A stretch of 61,807 bases of DNA, the filler included. It is 8 parts of 8 records of this genome, joined end to end, with 100 filler letters (N's around TTAATTAATTAA, not from the genome) between each part and the next. Parts side by side here need not be neighbours in the genome. Positions count along the whole stretch, not along the records: positions 50,176 to 56,180 come from DRR723986_13626; positions 56,281 to 61,807 come from DRR723986_13660; 6 more parts are not named here. The stretch is one strand, 5' to 3'. Numbering within the stretch: the first letter of the stretch is position 1; the number at the start of each line of letters is the position of its first letter. Of the stretch, positions 50,928 to 59,200 are shown one piece after another. The translations under genes were made by a program, and so were the position numbers. The notes under the pieces were generated by a model. The model worked only from the letters and a program-made list of their open reading frames with translations. It ran no database searches and was not told where the DNA came from.

Positions 50928-52322
50928 ATGCAGCATGATACCGTCATCACCGGCGCCCGCGTCGTGACCTCCGGCGCGGTCGTGTCCTGTGACATCGGCA
51001 TCACCAGAGGTCGGATCGCGACGCTGGGGCAGGGGCTCGAGGGGCGCGAGGTGATCGACGCCACGGGTCTCATCGCCATGCCCGGCGGGATCGACAGCCA
51101 TGTCCACATCTCGCAGCCCTCCGGCCCGGGCATCGAGATGGCCGACGACTTTGCCTCCGCCACCCGCGCGGCGGCCTGCGGTGGGAACACCACCATCATG
51201 CCCTTCTGCCTCGCGACCGAGGGCGAGACCCTGCGCGAGGCGGTCACCGCCTACCTTGCGAAGGCGGAGGGCAACTGCCTCACGGATGTCTCCTTTCACC
51301 TCATCGTGACCAAGGCGGACCCGGTCACGCTGGGCCAGGACCTGCCTGCGCTCATCGCCATGGGCATGACCAGCTTCAAGGTCTTCATGACCTATCAGGG
51401 GATGCGGCTGACCGACGCCGAGATCCTGCAGGTGATGGATGTGGCCCGCCAGCAGGGGGCGCTGACGTTGGTCCACGCAGAAAACGAGGACGCCATCGAG
51501 TTCCTGCGCGACAAGGCGGAGCGTTCGGGCGAGACCGCGCCGGTCCATCACGCCCGCACCCGCCCCGTGCCGGTCGAGCGCGAAGCCACCCACCGCGCCA
51601 CCACGCTGGCCGAGGTGGCGGGCGTGCCGCTGATGATCGTGCATGTCTCCAACGGCGCGGCGCTGGAAGAGATCCGCAGGGCGCGAGCGCGTGGCGTTCG
51701 CGTCCTTGCCGAGACCTGCCCGCAGTACATCACGCTGACCGCCGACGACCTCGACCGCGCGGGCTTCGACGGGGCCAAGTGGGTCTGCTCGCCGCCGCCG
51801 CGCGACACGGAGGAACAGGCGGCGATCTGGACCGGCCTGATGGGGGGCGACTTCGACGTGTTCTCCTCGGACCACTGTCCCTTTCGCTTCGCCGACCCGA
51901 AGGGCAAGGACGCCCCCGGTGCCCGCGCCTCCTTTCGCAACATTCCCAATGGCATCCCCGGCGTCGAGACGCGCCTGCCGATCCTCTTCTCCGAAGGGGT
52001 CACCAAGGGACGCCTCTCGCTCGAAAGCTTCGCTGCGCTGACCGCGACGAACCACGCCCGCATCTACGGGCTGGACGACAAGGGCAGTATTGCGCCGGGC
52101 AAGGACGCGGACATCGTGCTCTGGGACCCGACCGTCACCCGTGCCATCACCCAAACCGACCTGCACCACGGAGCGGACTACACGCCGTGGGAGGGCTTCG
52201 AGGTCACCGGCTGGCCGGTGCGTACGCTGTTGCGCGGCCAGACCGTCATGCTGGACGGCCAGCCCGTGGGCGCGCCGACAGGCAGTCACGTGGCGCGGGG
52301 CAAGCCGGGGGTGGCGGCATGA
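50928..52322 (+). CDS. hydA: Dihydropyrimidinase/hydantoinase
   Basis: PGGIDSHVH, SFKVFMTY, VHAEN, ETCPQY, SSDHCPF. Confidence 0.9.
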   Translation: MQHDTVITGARVVTSGAVVSCDIGITRGRIATLGQGLEGREVIDATGLIAMPGGIDSHVHISQPSGPGIEMADDFASATRAAACGGNTTIMPFCLATEGETLREAVTAYLAKAEGNCLTDVSFHLIVTKADPVTLGQDLPALIAMGMTSFKVFMTYQGMRLTDAEILQVMDVARQQGALTLVHAENEDAIEFLRDKAERSGETAPVHHARTRPVPVEREATHRATTLAEVAGVPLMIVHVSNGAALEEIRRARARGVRVLAETCPQYITLTADDLDRAGFDGAKWVCSPPPRDTEEQAAIWTGLMGGDFDVFSSDHCPFRFADPKGKDAPGARASFRNIPNGIPGVETRLPILFSEGVTKGRLSLESFAALTATNHARIYGLDDKGSIAPGKDADIVLWDPTVTRAITQTDLHHGADYTPWEGFEVTGWPVRTLLRGQTVMLDGQPVGAPTGSHVARGKPGVAA

Positions 52323-53068
52323 GCTTCTCTCTCGTCGATGGCACCCGCATCGGGATGCTGACCCCGTCTTCGAACACCGTTCTCGAACCCTATACCGCCG
52401 CCATGCTCGCCCCCTATGGCGAGGCCGCCAGCGCGCATTTCGGGCGCTTCCGGGTGGTCGAGATCTCCATGTCGGACGCCTCTCAGGCGCAATTCACGCT
52501 GGAGCCGATCCTGGAGGCCGCAGAACGCCTCGCCGAGGCCAACCCGGCGCTGATCTGCTGGAATGGCACCTCGGCCTCGTGGCTCGGGCTGGAGAAGGAC
52601 CGCGCGCTCTGCGCCGCCATCACCGGGCGGACCGGCGTGCCCGCGACATCGACGATCCTCGCCTACGACCGCTACTTCCGGGCAAAGGGCGTGACGCGGT
52701 TGGGCGTCGTCACGCCCTACATCGAAGACATCGAAAGCCGCATGATCGCGAACTACGCGGGGCAGGGGATCGAGGTCACCGCCGCGCGCCGCCTCGACGA
52801 CAAGGGCAACTACAGCTTCGCCACCTATCCGCCGGAGCAGGTGGGCGCGCTGGTCCGCGAAGTCGCAGCGTCGAAGCCCGACGCCATCGCCATCGTCTGC
52901 ACCAACTTTCGCGGCGCGCCCGTCGCCGCCGAGATCGAAGCGGCCACCGGCATCCCGGTCCTCGACAGCGTATCCATCACCGCCGCCCATTGCCTCTCGC
53001 TCACCGGTCTCGACCCGTCGAAGGTCACCGGCTGGGGCGGCGTCTTTGCCAGTTTCGCCGACCTATGA
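52319..53068 (+). CDS. Asp/Glu-racemase-superfamily protein (maleate isomerase/AMDase fold)
   Basis: IGMLTPSSNTVLE, WNGTS, VVTPY, VCTNF. Confidence 0.8.
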   Translation: MSFSLVDGTRIGMLTPSSNTVLEPYTAAMLAPYGEAASAHFGRFRVVEISMSDASQAQFTLEPILEAAERLAEANPALICWNGTSASWLGLEKDRALCAAITGRTGVPATSTILAYDRYFRAKGVTRLGVVTPYIEDIESRMIANYAGQGIEVTAARRLDDKGNYSFATYPPEQVGALVREVAASKPDAIAIVCTNFRGAPVAAEIEAATGIPVLDSVSITAAHCLSLTGLDPSKVTGWGGVFASFADL

Positions 53069-53103
53069 ACCCTCACGAACACATCCAACAAGGAGACACC
53101 CCG

Positions 53104-54141
53104 ATGATCCGTACCCCCTTGAAATTTTCTCTGGCGACCTGCGCTGCCGCGCTCGCCCTTGCCATGCCCGCAGGCGCCGAAACCCTGCGCGTCATGGGCC
53201 AGCTCGTCGCCACCGGCCTGATCCAGAAGACCATCGAACAGCCCTTCTTCGAGAACTTCGCCGAAGAGACCGGTCTGGAAGGTTTCACCGCCGACTATCA
53301 GCCTGTCGATGTCACCGGCATCAAGGACACCGAGCAGCTGCGCATCCTCAAGGACGGTCTCTTCGACATCGTCTCGCTGCGCCTGAGCCAGGTCAGCCGC
53401 GACGAGCCGACCATCCTCGGCCTCGATCTGGTCGGGTTGAACCCCGACTACGCCACCGGCAGGGAGACGGCCGACGCCTTCGCCCCCGTGGTCGACGCGC
53501 GTCTGCAGGAAAAGTTCAACACCAAGCTGCTGGGCGTCTGGCCCTTTGGTCCGCAGGTGCTGTTCTGCGAGCCCGAGATCGGCTCGCTGGCCGACCTCAA
53601 GGGGCTGAAGGTCCGCGTCTACGACCAGAACCTGGCCGAGTTCGTGTCGTTGCTGGGCGGCACGCCGGTGCCGCTGTCCTTCGCCGAGGTGCAGCAGTCG
53701 CTGGCCCGTGGAGTCGTGGATTGCGCAATCACCGGGCCGTCCTCGGCCAATTCCGCCGGTTGGCCGGAGGTGACGAAGTACACCCTGCCGATCGCCTTCC
53801 AGCTGGCGATGAACGGCTACGGCATCAATCTCGACACGTGGAACAAGCTGACGCCGGAGCAGCAGGAGCAGTTGCAGGCGGGCTTCGACGCGCTGTCCGA
53901 CCGGATCTGGACCTACTCCGAAGAGCTCTTCGACGACGCGGTGAACTGCAACACCGGCGCGGAGCCTTGCGAGACCGGGACCAAGTACGACCTGACGCTG
54001 GTCGAGCCGACCGCCGAGGACAAGGATCTGGTGGGCACTGCCGTGCCGAACGTGTCGTTCCCGGCGTGGAAGGAGGTCTGTGACGAGACCAACCCCGGCT
54101 GCGCCGACGCCTGGCTCGCCGCCACCGGCAAGTCCATGTGA
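53104..54141 (+). CDS. TRAP transporter substrate-binding protein (DctP family)
   Basis: Signal peptide; DLKGLKVRV; FAEVQQSLARGVVD. Confidence 0.9.
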   Translation: MIRTPLKFSLATCAAALALAMPAGAETLRVMGQLVATGLIQKTIEQPFFENFAEETGLEGFTADYQPVDVTGIKDTEQLRILKDGLFDIVSLRLSQVSRDEPTILGLDLVGLNPDYATGRETADAFAPVVDARLQEKFNTKLLGVWPFGPQVLFCEPEIGSLADLKGLKVRVYDQNLAEFVSLLGGTPVPLSFAEVQQSLARGVVDCAITGPSSANSAGWPEVTKYTLPIAFQLAMNGYGINLDTWNKLTPEQQEQLQAGFDALSDRIWTYSEELFDDAVNCNTGAEPCETGTKYDLTLVEPTAEDKDLVGTAVPNVSFPAWKEVCDETNPGCADAWLAATGKSM

Positions 54142-54195
54142 TCCCCTCCGGCGCGCCTGCAAACGGGCGCGCCGCCCTTCGACCGGAGACCCGAC

Positions 54196-54750
54196 ATGGA
54201 CCGCCTCGCCACATGGATCAGCCGCCTGTTCGGATGGGCGCTTCTTTTCCTGTCCGCCTTCGTCGCGCTGGAGACCCTCCTGCGCAAGCTCTTCAACACC
54301 TCGCTGCAGGGCGCCGATGAACTGGGGGGCTACGTGCTCGCCGTGGGGGCCGCGCTGGCCTTCATCGTCGCCATGATCGACCGGGCCCATATCCGCATCG
54401 ACGTACTGCACGCGCGCTTCCCGGTCCGGATGCAGGCCGCGCTCGACTGGCTGTCGGTGGTCTCGCTCGGCGTGCTGGGGCTGTTCTTTCTCTACGTCGG
54501 CTGGTTCGTGATCGGCGACACGCTGGACTACGGGTCGACCGCTGCGACGCCCTGGCGCACGCCGCTGATCTGGCCGCAGTCCGCATGGTACGCGGGGCTG
54601 GTGATCTTTGCGCTGTGCGCCTTCGTGCTGGCCTTCCGCGCCACCCGCCTCTTCGTCTCCGGCGACCATGCCCGTCTGGCGCGCGAGTTCAATCCCACCT
54701 CCGCCGAGGACGAGCTCTCCGAAGAGCTCGACCAGCTCAAGGACCGCTGA
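54196..54750 (+). CDS. TRAP small permease (DctQ family)
   Basis: Four TM helices; GADELGGY; HIRID. Confidence 0.9.
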   Translation: MDRLATWISRLFGWALLFLSAFVALETLLRKLFNTSLQGADELGGYVLAVGAALAFIVAMIDRAHIRIDVLHARFPVRMQAALDWLSVVSLGVLGLFFLYVGWFVIGDTLDYGSTAATPWRTPLIWPQSAWYAGLVIFALCAFVLAFRATRLFVSGDHARLAREFNPTSAEDELSEELDQLKDR

Positions 54751-54752
54751 AC

Positions 54753-56054
54753 ATGGATATTCTCGACGTACTCGTCGGCTTCGTCGTCATGATGGGGCTT
54801 CTGCTGGCCGGGCTGCCTGTGGCCACCGTGATGGTCGCCATGGGGGTCGCGGGGGGCATGATCCTCTATGGTCCGGTGCTTTTGAAGAGCATGGGGCCGG
54901 TGCTCTGGGGCACCTCGAATGAACCCGTCCTGACGGCCATCCCGCTTTTCATCCTGTTGGGGGAGCTGCTGCTGCGCTCCGGTCTCGCGGACCGGATGTA
55001 CGGCACGTTGGCGCTCTGGCTGGGACGCCTGCCGGGCGGGCTGCTGCACACCAACATCGGCTGCTGCTCGCTGTTTGCGGCAACTTCGGGCTCGTCGGTG
55101 GCCACCGCCGCCACCGTCGGCACCGTCGCACTGCCAGCGCTGACCGAACGCCGGTACCGCCCCTCCCGCGCGCTGGGGTCGCTGGCGGCGGGCGGCACGC
55201 TGGGCATCCTCATCCCGCCCTCGGTCAACCTGCTGGTCTATGGCTCGCTCGCTTCGGTGTCTGTCGGCCAACTGTTCATCGCGGGCATCATTCCGGGCAT
55301 CCTGCTGACGCTGCTCTTCATGGCCTTCATCGCGGCGCAGGATATTCTCTCGCCCGGCGGCGCCTTCGAGGACGCCCATGTCCCGTGGGAGGTGAAGCTC
55401 AAGGCTCTGCGGCACCTCGTTCCCGCCGCCACCGTCTTCGGCATCGTGATGGGGTCGATCTACCTCGGCATCGCCACGCCCACCGAAAGCGCTGCCCTCG
55501 CGGTCATCGTGGCCTTGGGCTTCGTTGCCTGGGAAGGCAAGCTGTCGATGGCCTTCCTCGACACCTGTTTTCGCAAGACCGCCAAGACCACCGGCATGAT
55601 CCTCCTCATCATCGTCGCGGCCTTCACCCTCAACGTCACGCTGGCCTTGGGCGGGATCACCGGCGTCATGTCGCGCTGGGTCGACGGCCTTGGCCTGACG
55701 CAGGTCGAATTGCTGTTCGCGCTGATGGTCTTCTACCTCGTGCTTGGCATGTTCATGGACGTGCTGTCGATGCAGGTGCTGACCATCCCCATCGTCGTGC
55801 CGATCATCACCAGCGCGGGCATCGACCCGGTGTGGTTCGGCATCTTCGTCGTGCTGATGTGCGAGTTGGGCATGATCACGCCGCCCGTCGGCATGAACCT
55901 CTACGTCGTCCAGGGCGTGCGGGGAGACAAGGGGGCCTTCACCGACGTGATCTACGGCGCGGTGCCCTACGCTATGCTCATGCTGCTCTTCACCTCGGCG
56001 CTGATCTTCTGGCCCGCCATTGCGACCTGGCTGCCGCAGGCGGTGGGCCGATGA
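54753..56054 (+). CDS. TRAP large permease (DctM family)
   Basis: AIPLFIL, SGSSVAT, GILIPPS, TPTES, ITPPVGMNL. Confidence 0.93.
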   Translation: MDILDVLVGFVVMMGLLLAGLPVATVMVAMGVAGGMILYGPVLLKSMGPVLWGTSNEPVLTAIPLFILLGELLLRSGLADRMYGTLALWLGRLPGGLLHTNIGCCSLFAATSGSSVATAATVGTVALPALTERRYRPSRALGSLAAGGTLGILIPPSVNLLVYGSLASVSVGQLFIAGIIPGILLTLLFMAFIAAQDILSPGGAFEDAHVPWEVKLKALRHLVPAATVFGIVMGSIYLGIATPTESAALAVIVALGFVAWEGKLSMAFLDTCFRKTAKTTGMILLIIVAAFTLNVTLALGGITGVMSRWVDGLGLTQVELLFALMVFYLVLGMFMDVLSMQVLTIPIVVPIITSAGIDPVWFGIFVVLMCELGMITPPVGMNLYVVQGVRGDKGAFTDVIYGAVPYAMLMLLFTSALIFWPAIATWLPQAVGR

Positions 56055-56180
56055 CCGTCCTGCGCGAGACCGCGCTTCTGCCCGACGCCTGCAGCCTGCT
56101 CGACGGCTTCCGCGCCGGAACGGCGGATCCTGTCGAGGTCATGGAGCGGCATCTGGAAGCCATCGACAGGCTCGACCCGG
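56051..56180 (+). CDS. Probable amidase, N-terminal fragment
   Basis: LLDGFRAGTADPVEVMERHLEAIDRLDP resembles amidase-family N-termini; start overlaps the DctM-family gene stop. Confidence 0.6.
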
Positions 56181-56280
56181 NNNNNNNNNNNNNNNNNNNN
56201 NNNNNNNNNNNNNNNNNNNNNNNNTTAATTAATTAANNNNNNNNNNNNNNNNNNNNNNNNNNNNNNNNNNNNNNNNNNNN

Positions 56281-59200
56281 GTGTACACGTCCGAGGCCAC
56301 GGTGACGTCGGCCAAGCTCCCGCTGGTGTTCCGCGCGTCCATGTACTCGTTCCAGTCGGGCATCCGCGAGGCGCGGTGGATCGGGCGACCGTACCCCGCC
56401 GCGCACACGGTTGTGCCCGGGGACAAGGTGGACTGGACGGGGTCGTACCCGTACTGGCACTCGATGGACCACCACGTGCCGGGCACGGTGGTCAAGCGGT
56501 ACAACTCCAACAGCCCCAACGGCTTCCTGGTGGCGACGGACACCATCGAGTCGCCCACGGGCCCGGTGGTGGGCGTGCACTTCGAGGTGGAGTCCAGCTC
56601 CAAGGAGTTCCGCATCGGCTTCATCCCCACCGACCCGTCGCGCTGCGCCAACAACGTGTACAGCAACCTGCTGTCGTACGGGTTTGGCATGGCGTTCGTG
56701 AGCGCGGGCAACAAGGGCGAGGTGCAGATCCTGGGCCAGTCCAACTACTTCGTGGGCTTCAACCAGGGCGACGAGGTGGAGATCCGCGTCAACGGCGAGG
56801 CCGGCGAGTACTGGATGGAGTTCGTGATGAACGGGCTGGTGTTCTTCACGCAGCCCTTGTCCTCGCTGGACTTCCCCATGCGCCTGGGCCTGGTGATGAC
56901 CCACTACACCACCACGCTGACCAACATGCACTGGATCTCATCGGACATGTTCGCGGCGTCGGCGGTGTCGCCGGGCGACCCGGTGCGGTGGAAGTTCAAC
57001 AGCGCGTACGCGAGCTTCGACCCCACGGAGGGCTCGCTCGAGCAGACCACGGGCACGGCGCTGTACGCCACGGCCGGCACCACGTTCACGGTGGACGGCT
57101 TCATCCGCGGCGTGGCGTTCAAGGCGCCGCGCAACGACATGAGCGCCACCGTGTCGTTCATCGCGCACCCCTACACCACGTCGTACACGCCGCGCTTCGG
57201 GCTCACGTTCTCCACCAACGCGCGCATCGTGGCCATCGACAACGCCATCAGCACGGACCTGGTGGGGGCGTTCTCTCCCGACGACGAGTTCGAGCTCCGG
57301 CTCAACGAGGCGTTCCGCTTCGAGGTGGTGCGCAACGGCTTCATCCTGTACACGTCCATCCTGGAGATGAAGGACGACGACGAGTTCCCGCTGATGCTCG
57401 CCGTGCGCCTGGCCGGCAACGCCAAGGTGTCGGACGCCACGTGGATCAGCTCCACCATGTTCGCCGTGGAGCGCAGCGTCCGCGCCGGGCAGGCCGTGCG
57501 CTGGGCCGGCAGCCTCAGCGCGAACCTGGTGGTGGCCGACGAGGACACGGCGTCGCTGGTGCTGCTGGACACCAACAGTCCCAGCACGTGCACGGCCGTG
57601 GTGTCGTCCGAGGGCTACATCCAGTCCGCGAGCGCCGACGTGCGCGGGCTGACGTTCACGCCGCGCTACAACGACAAGGGCGCGCGCGTGGGGCTCGGGC
57701 GCGTGAAGAACGACGCCGGGGCGCTGGCCAACATCCTGTGGGCGTTCGACCTGGGCAGCGACGGCAGCCTCACCGTGATCGACCGTGGCAACAGCCGCGG
57801 CGTGGTGGGGTCGTTCTCGGCGCTGGACAAGCTCGAGCTGCGCATGAACTCGGACAACCACGTCGAGTTCGTCAAGTCCGGCACGGTGCTGTTCACGAGC
57901 AACGACGCCGTGTACGTCAACGACTACCCGCTGATGGCCGGCGTGGGGCTGTGCGCCAAGCTCACCAAGGTCGAGGGCATCACGTGGATCAACGCCGAGA
58001 TGTTCACGCCCGCCCGCACCATCGTCAGCGGCGACCACGTCATGTGGACGGGGCTGGACCTGGCGGTGCTGCAGGACGACCCGGCGTCGGGCACGCTGGA
58101 GAAGGTGGGCACGAGCTCGTCGTGGGACGGCGAGGCCACGTCCGAGGGCCGCATCCGCTCCATCTCGTCGCTCAGCATCCGCGGCATCACGTTCGTCGCC
58201 GCCTTCAACACCAAGCGCGTGCTGGTGGGCGTGGGGTCCGGCGGCACCGTGGGCTTCGGCGTGCAGCTCAACGAGGACGGGCAGATCACCGTCAAGGACT
58301 TTGCCGACGGGTCGGCCGCCGAGAAGGTGGGCGGCTACCTCCCCGGCGACGTGGTGTTCGTCAAGCTCAACACCAACAACAACTTTGAGGTCGGGCGCGA
58401 GGGCGTGTCGCTGTTCGTCAGCGACAAGATCGTGCGCCAGCGCGACCTCCCGCTCGCCCTGATCGCCCAGTTCTACACGCCCGACGCGCGCATCGAGGAC
58501 CCCACGTGGTACACGGCCGCGCAGATGCCGGCGCCCGTGGTGCTGGCCGGCGGCGACACGGTGCTGTGGACGGGCTACACCGACCCCACGGTGCTGTCCG
58601 TGGACCGCAGCTCGGGCGCGGCGCAGAAGCTGGGCTCCAGCACGTCGTACACCGGCTACTGCATCTCGTCCGAGACGCGCCTGCTCGCCGGCACCGGCAC
58701 CATCCGCGGCTTCCGCTTCGTCATGCCGCAGAACAGCAAGGAGCTGCGCGTGGGGTTCGCGCTCGTGGGCAGCTCGGACACCAACACGCAGTTCGGCATG
58801 GTGCTCGAGAGCACGGGGTGGATCTCGGCGGTGGTGGACGGCACCAAGCTCACGTCCAACTTCGTGGCGGCGTACAGCACGGGCGAGAGCGTGGAGCTGC
58901 GCTTCAACGACAACAACCAGCTGGAGCTCGTGCGGCGTGGGTACGTGGTGCACGTGACGGACGCGCTGGACGCCGCCGCCGACTTCCCGCTGGTGGCGCA
59001 GGCGTGCTTCAAGGACCCCGGCGGTCGCATCGAGGCCGTGCAGTGGATCGACAAGTCGCAGTTCGCGCAGGAGCCCGCGGTGGGCGACGGCCAGTCCATC
59101 TCGTGGCAGGTGCTGCAGGGCGACCTCGCCGTGGACTACCGCACGGGCACCACGGCCAAGTTCGGCACGGAGAACAACTGGGACACGTCGGGCATCTCCG

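Noticed and set aside
50209-55669. Long antisense ORFs and the extended starts (683, 429 and 489 aa) in the hydA-TRAP contig
   Set aside because: High-GC artefacts. True starts were reassigned from motifs, RBS position and stop/start overlaps.
5688-56280. Repeated TTAATTAATTAA and any gene linkage across N runs
   Set aside because: These are artificial spacers between contigs from different organisms.
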